Source: a virus (lineage: Duplodnaviria; Heunggongvirae; Uroviricota; Caudoviricetes). From it: 64,000 bases of DNA. Below, piece after piece: positions 17,783 to 27,564 of the stretch. Positions within the stretch are counted from its first letter, which is position 1. Each line of letters starts with the position of its first letter. A program made the position numbers and the translations under genes. The notes below the pieces were generated by a model. The model had not been told where the DNA came from and made no database searches. It worked only from the letters and a program-made list of their open reading frames with translations. The stretch lies in IMG/VR virus record IMGVR_UViG_3300029288_007068; one strand, written 5' to 3'.

Positions 17783-18465
17783 GCTTTTGCTTCTCCATTG
17801 TTTTTTGTTCTAAAAAAGTTATACCCGCTTGAATCTGCAACCGCTTTTGCTATATCAACGAAGTCCTCGCCATCACTAAATATTGATACATCTTTACCTT
17901 TTACTCTTACAGTTGTCTCTATGATACTTCCAACAAATCTACCTATATCGTTATCTAATGAAAGTAATTCGGCTTCGAGTTTTTTACACTTTGCTTCCAA
18001 CCGAGTTTTCTTTGCTCCATTTTCTTCTTCATCTATTAACTTCTTTTGTGCTTTTATACTTCTAATCTTTTCTTCCCTCTGCCCTTTAATGCTCTTTTCA
18101 AAGCTTGAAATGGTTTTTAGAAAACCGGCTAATATCTTAACGTAAGCATCACACTCATCAAAGTCCGGTAAGTGATTGCTTCTCATTGATTCCGGCGCAA
18201 GCAATTCTATTCCAGCAAACGACTTACGCTGGATTATTATGTTCTTTGATAACTCAATAGAACGCCCTATTTGGAAAAGCAACCAGTTGGCGTTTTTTGG
18301 TGTAATCTCCTGATTCTTGTAAGTGAACTGAATATCCCCACAAGCATCCATTCGTGGATTCTTTTTAAACTTATGCCAGTAGCATGAATTTAAACGCTTA
18401 CATTCTTCACATCTATGTGTTACTCGCGAATTACTGAACGAGTCATGGAACTTGTATATTAACAT
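17752..18465 (-). CDS. Hypothetical coiled-coil protein
   Basis: Charged heptad-like segment (AQKKLIDEEENGAKKTRLEAKCKKLEAELLSL). Promoter motif upstream. Confidence 0.4.
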   Translation of the reverse strand: MLIYKFHDSFSNSRVTHRCEECKRLNSCYWHKFKKNPRMDACGDIQFTYKNQEITPKNANWLLFQIGRSIELSKNIIIQRKSFAGIELLAPESMRSNHLPDFDECDAYVKILAGFLKTISSFEKSIKGQREEKIRSIKAQKKLIDEEENGAKKTRLEAKCKKLEAELLSLDNDIGRFVGSIIETTVRVKGKDVSIFSDGEDFVDIAKAVADSSGYNFFRTKNNGEAKAWLGQITNAN

Positions 18466-18514
18466 TTGCCTACCCCATATTCTATCTTATATATAAATAT
18501 TTATGTATTCCTCA

Positions 18515-18546
18515 TATATAAAGGTTTATGACGCCTTAATAGTTTC
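18515..18546 (-). promoter_or_regulatory. Class-1 bipartite promoter motif
   Basis: Minus strand AACTATTAAG, 14 nt, TTATATATG. A second TTTATATATAAG lies closer to the ATG at 18465. Confidence 0.5.
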
Positions 18547-18548
18547 CC

Positions 18549-19250
18549 TTATATACGTATACCCTTTATTAAGACATAACCACAGAAAGGCTTAAAAGTC
18601 TTATATTTTAATAAGACGTTATCCAATCTAACTATGAGTTTCAATACCTTCCTTACAATTGGTTTTATGGCGTTTGGAAGGCGGGATATTACATGAGGCA
18701 TCGAATAAGATATTAGCCAATAGTATTTAAGCTCTGTTATGGTAAAATATTCCTTTATTTTACCTTCAAGGACAGAGGGCTTAAACGGGCGTTCACTTTC
18801 CTCATGACTCATAGTCGGGAATGCCTTTCTTATTATGTAAGCGATGGGGTTTAGGCTCCCAGGTTCTTCTACTAATATTTGTCCACCAGGCTTTAAGATA
18901 CGATGTATCTCCTTTAACGCCAAATCCAAATTGTCAGGCACATGATGTAATATCGCCCTCGCCAAGACAACATCAAAGGTTTCATCTTTAAAAGGCATAT
19001 TGAGTATGTTGCCTTGTATTGGCGTTATTCCTGGTAAGTGCATCCCATCCGCTCCTACCATTATACTCCGGTCTATGTCGATTGATACAATTGTTGTGGT
19101 TTCGCTTTTTAATTGCTTAGCGAACTTTCCATTATTTCCTCCTAAATCAATTATATAACTTTTGGCTGGTAGTTGTAACTCTAATGGTTTAGTCCAAAGT
19201 TCATTTCCCAAAATCCGGACTGATTCTTTATCAACCTTATACTGTAACAT
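18549..19250 (-). CDS. Class I SAM-dependent methyltransferase
   Basis: Motif I IIDLGGNNGKF, VLARAILHHVPD, and post-I LKPGGQILVEE. Overlaps the OST gene end by 14 nt, so same operon. Confidence 0.55.
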   Translation of the reverse strand: MLQYKVDKESVRILGNELWTKPLELQLPAKSYIIDLGGNNGKFAKQLKSETTTIVSIDIDRSIMVGADGMHLPGITPIQGNILNMPFKDETFDVVLARAILHHVPDNLDLALKEIHRILKPGGQILVEEPGSLNPIAYIIRKAFPTMSHEESERPFKPSVLEGKIKEYFTITELKYYWLISYSMPHVISRLPNAIKPIVRKVLKLIVRLDNVLLKYKTFKPFCGYVLIKGIRI

Positions 19251-22200
19251 TGTGGGTATTCAACCCCGGCTTTGTAAAGATGGTTGTATCATATATTGAT
19301 GTTTCATTAACACCAAGTATTGATATCTTATAGTTTTGGGGTATCAGTTCAGTAAATTGGAAAGTATTGTTTCCCATAATCGGATATGTTTGTGATTGGT
19401 AATACTCTTTGCCCTCTATCATTAACGTTAATCCAGTTTGGTTTGTGTTAATGTTTACATCTAACGTCGACCAGTTAACGTCAAACGATACTGATTTATT
19501 ACAGGGAATATCTCTTCTTCCTTCTTCTTCTGTAACAATAATTGGTTGACTCATATCTAAAGTATTATCGGTAGTAAAGAGTCTTATCGTCAAGTTGCCA
19601 GCCGGCGCTATAAGACTAAACGTTCCATTTTCGTCAGTCATCCCATATCCATGTGGAATCCCAAAGTCATCAAAGACGTAAGCAAAGACGTATGGAAATG
19701 GTTGGTCACCAACTTTTACTGTTCCTGTGATTGTTGCGCCTTCATAGTATTTTGAGATAACAACAACCGGCGAATAGTATACTAATCTAAAATGTGTAAG
19801 CAGATACGTTGGCATCCTATTATCTGGGAACTCACCATAGCCCCAGTAAGTCTTATACCACAGAGTTTCGTAGAGAAGAGATTTAATTTTTACGTCTTGT
19901 TGCAAATCCATTTTATCTAACTCTTCTTGGGAAAGTTTTTGTAATTGTTGTAAAGTATAAAACTCATTCGTCTTGGCATCTCGCCACCACAAATAGTAAT
20001 AATCATCTTCTATGTAGTCCTGCGCAAAGCCCTGATATCCCCTGTCTGTAAGAAAAGTAAACACACCGAATATTTGAGTATCATATTGTTCTGTCCCATA
20101 ATAGCGGATAGAGTAACCGGTTGCATTTTGGATTGCCTTGTAAAACAACGTCATTTGTTCATCGGTCATATTTTGCATGAGTTTCCAAGAATCGTGATAC
20201 ATTGCGTTATCAGCCCGCTTTCTAAAGATAGTATTTCCATACTCCGGTGAATCCAGCGTATTGTAAGATGGACAGGTTGTCGGGTCTTCAATATACTGGA
20301 CTAAGATATCAGCGGATTGGATAGTTGACAAATTATAAAACGTAGCATTAGTTGGAAGATATGAACTTCGATAGATGGTTGGGTCTGATTGGTTAATTCT
20401 ATATTCATAGATTGGTGGTATATAAGTATTGAAAACTTCTTTTACTGTGTTTGAGAGTTTTCCGCCATTGTGGGATTTGGCGCCTTCACAACATCTAACT
20501 ATAAGAACTGACACTGCTTCTGTCTCAGTAGTAGAAAGTTTGAAGTTCCCTGATGCATACATTCCCACTTGATAGTTATCTGCCACGGTTGGATGCTTTC
20601 CCATAGCGGCTTCATAGAACCCGTAATCCCACCAGGATATAAATGCGGGTTTATCTTCATCTAAAGGTATTTCGGTATCTTGTAGTGATAACCAATAAAA
20701 AGCATCCGCCCAATAGATTTCTTTAGAAAGGGACGCACCGAAAGCGCCTTGCCATCCAGCACCAAAGTAATCTTCTTTCGACTCTGCTGGGATTGAAGCA
20801 TCTAACGCCAAAAGCGAGTTTGGTAAAATGAGTCCAACTATGATAAACAAAATCCCAAGAACTTGATATATCTTTATCGCCTTTCTCTTTCTCCAACCAC
20901 TCATTGACTTAAAGTTTTTAATTGTTTGTTTTAAGTTTAACTTATCAACTATAAGCATTATAAAGAAACCAGCTGCCACAGTAAACGCGGGAATGAGGTC
21001 ATTTAAGAATCGACCGGAAGTTGTTGTCAGGTAAAAAGTCAGGACAAATATATATAAGAAAAATATGCTCTCCGCTTTGAATTTCTCTTTATAAGACTTT
21101 ACAGCGTAAAGAACAAATCCACCAAGACCAATCCAATATAAAGCCGGACCGAAAGACATAATATTCTGACTCATTCCAAACGTATGCGCCTCTGCCACCG
21201 TCATTGATACTTTGCTCCCATAAATTCCTTCGCCAAACATCGTAATGGCAAGCTGAAGGAGAAACCCTTGTAACTTTATGATTCCTTGTGTGCCCAAGTA
21301 AAGGATTAACATCCCAACTGAACCTATTGATATCATAGATGGTATTGATATAATCCATGGAATATTTAGTTTGTTTATAACAAGGTATATTCCCAAGATG
21401 GCTATTGATATCAACATTGTTATAAAAGGCAAGTCAAATATTTGTCCTTGAATTAAAGCGTATGGGAAAGCAATTAAGTAAGCAACCAGGAAGAGCGCAA
21501 CAAAAGAATACATATTTTTGGTTGGAGTTTTCGACTTGAGAATATCAAAAATCATTATCACAAACATGGCAACCAAAGGCATCATAAAGGCAAGCTGGGA
21601 AGCCGCCCAAGTTAGATAAAGAGCACCAACGAATACGCCTGAAAGGGTGCCGTATAAAAGTGATGTAATCTGCTTCGGCTCTTTAAGCATTTTTATTATG
21701 AAGAAATAAAGACAGGCAAAGAGCAATAACACAAAGGAATCGTGGTCAAACAAGGCGAGGGAAGCGCCATGAGAACCTCCTATGTGTATGGGAATAAGGG
21801 CAACAAGGAAGGCAGCTATGAGACCAACCTTTCGGTTGAAAAGGTTTTTGGCTATTCCGTAAATTGGGAATATAAGTAGAGCCCCGTAGATGGCAGGAAG
21901 GAAAAGCATTGCCCATCCCATCGCATCTGTTGTAGTAGTGAAGGCACTAAGAGCTTGTGCAGTTGCAACTGCGACTAATGTAAACAGAGGCGGTCTGGAA
22001 CCTCTCTCACCTACGGGGTAGTTTAACAATGGGTCTGCGTCTCCGGAATGTGGTTGTGTAAAAGGATATGCTCCGGTTTGCATTGTAAGTTCAACTTGAC
22101 GCATATTCAGATATGGGTCGGGTCCTCCCAAGAAGAATCGTGTTCCCAGCGTCTCACCACTTGGATTAAAAGCGGCTCCCGACGTAAAGTTGAAGTAAGT

Positions 22201-22353
22201 TGTTAGAAACAATACCAAAGCAAATATACCTAAAAGCGTTATGGCGGTTATAATTGGTTTTCGGCTCTTTGATGTCTTTGGTTGTTCTTTTTTTGGTTGA
22301 ATAGATGTCTTAAATTTACCAGCTCTCTTTCTGCGCATGTTGTCTCTCCGCAT
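19237..22353 (-). CDS. aglB: Oligosaccharyltransferase of the AglB/STT3 family (1038 aa) with basic N-terminal extension and sequon-rich C-terminal domain
   Basis: First external loop GGPDPYLNMRQ (the DPYxNxR form typical of archaeal and eukaryotic STT3, coding around 22095..22125). About 13 hydrophobic helices. Universal catalytic motif SWWDYGFYEAAMG (coding 20617..20634). DK-like motif ADNYQVGMYASGNFK downstream. Confidence 0.7.
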   Translation of the reverse strand: MRRDNMRRKRAGKFKTSIQPKKEQPKTSKSRKPIITAITLLGIFALVLFLTTYFNFTSGAAFNPSGETLGTRFFLGGPDPYLNMRQVELTMQTGAYPFTQPHSGDADPLLNYPVGERGSRPPLFTLVAVATAQALSAFTTTTDAMGWAMLFLPAIYGALLIFPIYGIAKNLFNRKVGLIAAFLVALIPIHIGGSHGASLALFDHDSFVLLLFACLYFFIIKMLKEPKQITSLLYGTLSGVFVGALYLTWAASQLAFMMPLVAMFVIMIFDILKSKTPTKNMYSFVALFLVAYLIAFPYALIQGQIFDLPFITMLISIAILGIYLVINKLNIPWIISIPSMISIGSVGMLILYLGTQGIIKLQGFLLQLAITMFGEGIYGSKVSMTVAEAHTFGMSQNIMSFGPALYWIGLGGFVLYAVKSYKEKFKAESIFFLYIFVLTFYLTTTSGRFLNDLIPAFTVAAGFFIMLIVDKLNLKQTIKNFKSMSGWRKRKAIKIYQVLGILFIIVGLILPNSLLALDASIPAESKEDYFGAGWQGAFGASLSKEIYWADAFYWLSLQDTEIPLDEDKPAFISWWDYGFYEAAMGKHPTVADNYQVGMYASGNFKLSTTETEAVSVLIVRCCEGAKSHNGGKLSNTVKEVFNTYIPPIYEYRINQSDPTIYRSSYLPTNATFYNLSTIQSADILVQYIEDPTTCPSYNTLDSPEYGNTIFRKRADNAMYHDSWKLMQNMTDEQMTLFYKAIQNATGYSIRYYGTEQYDTQIFGVFTFLTDRGYQGFAQDYIEDDYYYLWWRDAKTNEFYTLQQLQKLSQEELDKMDLQQDVKIKSLLYETLWYKTYWGYGEFPDNRMPTYLLTHFRLVYYSPVVVISKYYEGATITGTVKVGDQPFPYVFAYVFDDFGIPHGYGMTDENGTFSLIAPAGNLTIRLFTTDNTLDMSQPIIVTEEEGRRDIPCNKSVSFDVNWSTLDVNINTNQTGLTLMIEGKEYYQSQTYPIMGNNTFQFTELIPQNYKISILGVNETSIYDTTIFTKPGLNTHNVTV

Positions 22354-22564
22354 ACTTCTTCCAATAATACTTCATTGTTGATTTTAAAAGGACTGGAGTT
22401 GCGTAGGCGGCAAACACTCCCCCCAAGAACATGCCACCAAGCAAACTCAGCAGTAATGCTTCTTTGTTTAGCGTAAACAAACCAACAATACATGGTGTTC
22501 CTAAAAGTATAGCTGTTGATATCAATATTATTAAGATAAGTTTCAATATTGTTACTATCCGCAT
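22316..22564 (-). CDS. Small two-helix membrane protein, first gene of the OST operon
   Basis: 82 aa, two hydrophobic helices. Its end overlaps the OST start. Promoter motif at 22598..22630. Confidence 0.4.
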   Translation of the reverse strand: MRIVTILKLILIILISTAILLGTPCIVGLFTLNKEALLLSLLGGMFLGGVFAAYATPVLLKSTMKYYWKKYAERQHAQKESW

Positions 22565-22597
22565 TCTTTAAAACCCTAATTACCTTTATGGCGCAAC

Positions 22598-22630
22598 TTA
22601 TATTAATAATTTTAGTTTGATTTAATAGTT
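22598..22630 (-). promoter_or_regulatory. Class-1 bipartite promoter motif driving the OST operon
   Basis: Minus strand AACTATTAAA, 14 nt, TTAATATAAG, about 33 nt before the ATG at 22564. Confidence 0.5.
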
Positions 22631-22634
22631 ATTG

Positions 22635-22714
22635 TTAAAAAGTAAAAATAGATTCGGGGGCGAAGTCAAAAAGTTGGTGATATGTGATGGAATGAGGAAA
22701 CGATTGACTTCGCC
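22635..22714 (-). terminator. Candidate intrinsic terminator after the exonuclease gene (11-bp stem GGCGAAGTCAA / TTGACTTCGCC, 34-nt loop, then U-run)
   Basis: Perfect inverted repeat at 22659..22669 and 22704..22714, followed on the transcribed strand by UCUAUUUUUACUUUUU. The long loop lowers confidence. Confidence 0.35.
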
Positions 22715-22724
22715 TATCCCTCTA

Positions 22725-23570
22725 TTACAGGAAGTCACTCAGAGAAGAGTTCCTTCCCATCTTCCCATACTCTTTGATATCTACTTTCATCTTTTTTAAT
22801 TCGTATTTATCCAAAATTGCTTCGATGGTTGTTGTTGCCTCTGGAACGATGGGCTTGAGTTCACATTGTTTGTTTAGTAGTGTTAACTTCTTGTTTTTAA
22901 GGACTATGTATTGGCTCAAGTTAATTTTTGTGTAAGAGCAAATTGGAAAAGGAATGTTTTCAACACAACCATATTCCTTAACTATCTGAGCGGCCTTCTT
23001 AAGTCCAATGCCTTCGATGCCTTCGATGTTATCAGCTTTATCGCCAGCAAGGGCAAGGATGTCTGGAATCTTATCAGGTAATACATCAAACTTCGCCATG
23101 ACAGCGGCTTCATCATAAATGGTATGACCATCGTAGACATGAGTAGTTCCGTTAACAAGCTGCATGATATCTTTGTCTACCGTGAAGATGAGAATGTTTT
23201 TAGATGGATTGGTAGCCACATAAGTAGCAATAACATCGTCAGCCTCATTGTTATTGGCTGTATATTGCGTGATTCCGAGCAAGTGCAGGAGTATTTGGAG
23301 GTCTTTGATTTCTTGTATGAAGGCTCCATCTAGGGGCTTCCCAGGCTTGTAGGTTGTAAGCATCTCACGACGCCAACTGGGTGTTCCATGCGATTCCCAT
23401 GCGATGATGACTTCCTTGGTTGGGAACTTCTTTCTGATGGCGTTCAGTGAACGCATAAAGGAATGAATCATGGTGGAATCTAAACCAGCTTTGGTTGTCA
23501 GATGGTAGGGTGCGGAATAGGACCGATGGGCAAGATACGGGCCATCGACTATAAGAGTGTCATAATTCAT
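22725..23570 (-). CDS. 5'-3' exonuclease / flap endonuclease (bacterial and phage T5 D15 / T4 RNase H type)
   Basis: N-terminal LIVDGPYLAHRSY (Pol I 5'-nuclease motif). Acidic metal-binding residues. Helix-3-turn-helix motif GIEGIGLKKAAQIVKEYG. Confidence 0.6.
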   Translation of the reverse strand: MNYDTLIVDGPYLAHRSYSAPYHLTTKAGLDSTMIHSFMRSLNAIRKKFPTKEVIIAWESHGTPSWRREMLTTYKPGKPLDGAFIQEIKDLQILLHLLGITQYTANNNEADDVIATYVATNPSKNILIFTVDKDIMQLVNGTTHVYDGHTIYDEAAVMAKFDVLPDKIPDILALAGDKADNIEGIEGIGLKKAAQIVKEYGCVENIPFPICSYTKINLSQYIVLKNKKLTLLNKQCELKPIVPEATTTIEAILDKYELKKMKVDIKEYGKMGRNSSLSDFL

Positions 23571-23727
23571 GTTTTAACCCCAACATTCCTCTTTTGCTTT
23601 TTGCAGTTTTGATATAAACTCATCTACTTCTTCTAGTGTTCTAAAATATTGAACATAGAAATCATCAGCGTTGTTATACATCATTACTACACCATCTTGA
23701 ACTACTACTTCATGAGAAACCATCTTA

Positions 23728-23970
23728 TCACTCCAAAAAATTCTTTTTCCCTAACTCTTTTACTTTGTCAATCATGTTGACATCATTCTCCAAATCGAAG
23801 TCAATAAAAGGTTCTACTTGTATTTTCTTTCGTCTCCGGTAAGGACTATGACGTTCAATCCATTCTTTCTCCTCTTTTGATACCATAATGGTTTCGTAAT
23901 TTGGAAAGAACTCCTCTTGAATCTCACTCATGTTGTGATAAACTTTTTCTTTCTTTTTCATTTTAATCAC
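23728..23970 (-). CDS. Small hypothetical protein
   Basis: ORF only. Confidence 0.3.
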   Translation of the reverse strand: MIKMKKKEKVYHNMSEIQEEFFPNYETIMVSKEEKEWIERHSPYRRRKKIQVEPFIDFDLENDVNMIDKVKELGKKNFLE

Positions 23971-24618
23971 TCACCCATAACTTCTTACAATCTTCACAGA
24001 GCATAAAGTTAAATCCGGTCTCAACAACCAACTCCGTTTCTTGTTTGTAATTCTTTGAACCACAATAAGGACATTCAGCTTTCTCACCACATAGTAAATC
24101 ATAACCAAGAGTTTCTTTAAAAGTTTTCATTTTTTACACCACACTATAAGTTGTTTTCGGTCACCATCTACATAACCCTGATTGTGTTTTAAGATGTTTT
24201 CCATTTCGGCTATTGATATCATATCAAGTTCAATAGTCAATGCTTTCGGGACTACGCTGATTATAGGCATCATATTTTAGCCTCACATTTATCTGAATGT
24301 CTACACCACAAACTATGAACGTGCCTTCCTTCTGGGTCTTCACATGCAAAACAACCAAAACCATCTGCTTTTCTTTCTTTTCCGCAAACTGGACATTTTT
24401 TCATTTTAAAATACCATCCTCTATGAGATTATAAAAATTATATTTGATTATCAATTGTCTACAAAAGTTTGGACTCTGTTTATAGTAATTTGTTTGTTTA
24501 ATTTTCTCTATAACGATTCTTGCTTCTTTATCAATCTTTTTATCGCTATCTCCAAACTTAGCGTCACCAAGAGTTTTCAACCTCTCAAATAACTTATACT
24601 CTTTCTGATTCATTTCCA

Positions 24619-25062
24619 TTACCTCAATTCACTCAAATTCAATAAATATTTTTTATCAATTCCCATCATTATCATATCTTCTGGAGATAAAGCATCTCTG
24701 CACTCATCTTTAAATTCAGGGTCTAATATTGTATACACTTCTCCATAAACTTTATCATAAGCCAATATATCAACAAGTTGCTTTGGAGTATAAATGAGTC
24801 TAACTGCAAACAGTCCTCCCGTTTTTGCGCTTACACCAACTTCCACACCAAAAAGAGAAAAACCAAAAGGAGAACTCCCAAATAGCTGTTTTCTAGCAAA
24901 TGCTAAACCAAGATTCCTTTGTGCTAATTTGTATACTTCTGATATAACACCTTCCCATAAGATTCTTTCCCCTTTTGGAAATGGTTCATTTCTTCCTATA
25001 TATTGGGGACACCAAGAGTAGTGTTCACATTCATTTCCCTTTCCACAGAATTTACATTCCAT
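24619..25062 (-). CDS. Hypothetical Cys-containing protein
   Basis: N-terminal CKFCGKGNECEHYSWC. Promoter motif at 25097..25128. Confidence 0.4.
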   Translation of the reverse strand: MECKFCGKGNECEHYSWCPQYIGRNEPFPKGERILWEGVISEVYKLAQRNLGLAFARKQLFGSSPFGFSLFGVEVGVSAKTGGLFAVRLIYTPKQLVDILAYDKVYGEVYTILDPEFKDECRDALSPEDMIMMGIDKKYLLNLSELR

Positions 25063-25096
25063 AACTTCATATCACCAATTCCCTATTACTTTAGCC

Positions 25097-25128
25097 ATAT
25101 ATAAAGACTTTGTTTACTTTAATAGTAA
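25097..25128 (-). promoter_or_regulatory. Class-1 bipartite promoter motif
   Basis: Minus strand ACTATTAA, 14 nt, TTATATATG. Confidence 0.5.
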
Positions 25129-25130
25129 TC

Positions 25131-25451
25131 CTAAAAGAGCCCTATAAAGGATTCCCAGATTTCCACGAGCCGCACGAGTAGCCCCGCAGGATTGGTAATT
25201 AGTATATATCCTATACCGGCAACGCAACCAAGAATAAAGACATAGATGACAAGCTTAATTGCTTCGATGTTTCCAAGCTGGCGGTCTTTGATGACTAATG
25301 GGATTTCTTCTTTCGGAGCTTTAGAGGCAAGCCCTTTGATATCTATGAATAGTTGGTGCAAGCCTTCGCTAGATTGTTTTGGTAGTTCTAACATTCTAAC
25401 CTCCAAAGATTGTATCACTTTGATATAAATTATCCGACCCATCATAGCCAC
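25131..25451 (-). CDS. Small membrane protein
   Basis: C-terminal hydrophobic helix (LVIYVFILGCVAGIGYILI). Confidence 0.35.
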   Translation of the reverse strand: MAMMGRIIYIKVIQSLEVRMLELPKQSSEGLHQLFIDIKGLASKAPKEEIPLVIKDRQLGNIEAIKLVIYVFILGCVAGIGYILITNPAGLLVRLVEIWESFIGLF

Positions 25452-26206
25452 AGATTGTACAGAAGAGTGGTTCTCCCAGGTTATGGTGATTTAGTAACGT
25501 GCCACATTGGGGACACTTGACTTGTTCCATTCTACTCACTTCCTCGTTCAATTATCATAAAAACTTCGTAGGTTCCACAATTCAACTCAAGACCATGCAT
25601 TTTAAACTCTTTCTCGAGAAATGTAAATGCTTCACTTACCGAATCAGCCTTGATGACTTCAATATCGTTTCCACCATTTATTCTTATTCCAAATTTCATG
25701 TTACTCACTCCAACTGAAATCAAAGAGTTGTTGTTTTCCACTTCGAAGTTTTATTGCTTCTAACTTGACAGGACCATCACTTCCAGTTTCAAAACTCGAA
25801 GTTGATTCTACTAACTCTCTAGCCATCCTTCTGGACTTAGCAATTACTATACCTTGTCCTCTTCCATACGACATCCTAAATGAATACACATATATTGGCA
25901 TTCTCAATCACCCCTGTTATCCCTATCCGTAACGCAGTTTGAGTATGGGATAATACCGGAGGAATTAAGGAACTTTCGAATCTGTTCCAGTTGGTCGTAA
26001 TTGAGCTTATCGAGGTTTATAATACAAAGGTTATATCCCAAATCGTGTTGAGTCATTATTCATCAACTCTCCTAATTTCTTTTACTCTTTTTCCCCAGTT
26101 TGGCGAATCGGCATCAATACCCGATTCCAATGTTTCTTCATCGGGTTCATCATCATCCTCTATGTAGTCTATCGAACCATCACTCCATTCTACTTCCCAC
26201 ATCATT

Positions 26207-26647
26207 TTAATCACCTCTCGTATCCGGACCTACATGAACTTTTGGGTCATAACATTTGTTGCAAACAAATCCCGCCCATGAGTAGTGATGTCCATCTTCT
26301 TCCTTGACCCAAGCATCACATTCATTGCACTTCACAAGGTCGTCTTCTATCTTTCGAATCCACTCTCGAATGCGGTCGTAATCTTCTTGGGAGAACGTTC
26401 CAACAAACGAGCCCATGGTCGAACCTGTCTTCTCATTCCAAAAACTAATTTCGTTTTCCGTGAACAAGACCGTAAGCGCAACGTGACCACAGCCATCATC
26501 AATAAAGAACTGCGAATTATCCCAAGTGTAACCGGAAGCCTTCTTGACCGCAATGCGGAGTTTTTCCATTTCTTCATAGAGTTGCTTGGTTGACTTTCCA
26601 ATCCATTCACGCGGGTCGGAATCACTAAAATGGATTTGTGGTTCCAT
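26207..26647 (-). CDS. Hypothetical protein with C-terminal zinc ribbon
   Basis: CNECDAW ... CNKC motif pairs. Confidence 0.4.
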   Translation of the reverse strand: MEPQIHFSDSDPREWIGKSTKQLYEEMEKLRIAVKKASGYTWDNSQFFIDDGCGHVALTVLFTENEISFWNEKTGSTMGSFVGTFSQEDYDRIREWIRKIEDDLVKCNECDAWVKEEDGHHYSWAGFVCNKCYDPKVHVGPDTRGD

Positions 26648-26850
26648 CTTTAAGCCTCCTCATCGTAAACAGGTTTTTCATCAACGTTACATCCAATAGA
26701 CGCTGGTCTATCATCTAGTAATTGCTTTAAGTTGTGTGCTAAGTCTTCTGGTTCTGTATAATTATGAACATTGCATATCTTTTTCAGTTTACTTAAAGGT
26801 TCATCTGAAAGAACTTCTATTGATATCAAATAATGTCTTTCTCTTGGCAT

Positions 26851-27171
26851 TTACTCATCATCTCCCATCTTTCTCGTGTCTTCTCTTTCCTTTTTGTACC
26901 ATCCACTCACAGTATCACCCGATTTGTAAATAGCATCATACTCAGAGCCTTCTCGGACCCAAACTTTGACTTCCTGTGGATACACAATTGTTCGACGGTT
27001 GTAATTCTTTTTACAATCCCAACAAACTTCAATGGTAGTAAAGGGAGACACTTGAGTTACTTCCAAGTTTTCAACTTCACATTCTTTTTTACAATCGTGA
27101 CAAAGTCGGGTGGTCATCTTAAACGACCTCCTTTTCTTTTCCAACTGCTTTTGCAACTCGAATCCTTGCAC
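26851..27171 (-). CDS. Small zinc-ribbon protein
   Basis: CHDCKKECE ... CWDCKK motif pairs. Confidence 0.4.
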   Translation of the reverse strand: MQGFELQKQLEKKRRSFKMTTRLCHDCKKECEVENLEVTQVSPFTTIEVCWDCKKNYNRRTIVYPQEVKVWVREGSEYDAIYKSGDTVSGWYKKEREDTRKMGDDE

Positions 27172-27400
27172 CCATTGATATCATTGGTAACTCATCCCTC
27201 CATTCACCTGATAACATTTCACTATCTATAATCTCATCGGTCTCATCGAGCCCCAGAGCCTCTCTGTACTTGGCGTCCGTATAACCGAATACTAGGATAC
27301 ACCCAGCGGCGCCCATATGAACACGGGCCAGTCTACGGGCTTCTTCAAGGGAATCCACAGCCTTTTCATAACCACATTGCCAACAGCGACAGATAGGCAT
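27119..27400 (-). CDS. Small hypothetical protein
   Basis: ORF. N-terminal CRCWQCGYE motif. Confidence 0.35.
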   Translation of the reverse strand: MPICRCWQCGYEKAVDSLEEARRLARVHMGAAGCILVFGYTDAKYREALGLDETDEIIDSEMLSGEWRDELPMISMGARIRVAKAVGKEKEVV

Positions 27401-27564
27401 TACTTTTCACTCTCCTTGTATTTCTCCAATTCAACCAAATCGCCAACTACGGTTCTCAATATCCATTTAGTGTAGTCTTTACTTTGAACCAGCTCAACTT
27501 TGAAACTCTCAAAGGGTTTCACGGGCATGAGATTTGTTACATCGACTTCGTGGATTCGCATCTT

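Noticed and set aside
21089-21358. 89-aa ORF inside the oligosaccharyltransferase gene, and similar nested minus-strand ORFs (32316..32534 in the SPFH gene, 35063..35305 in the metallophosphoesterase gene, 44411..44656, 46415..46621, 52603..52788, 62016..62366, 26347..26625)
   Set aside because: These are alternative-frame ORFs embedded in longer genes with clear domain signatures. They have no independent start signals.
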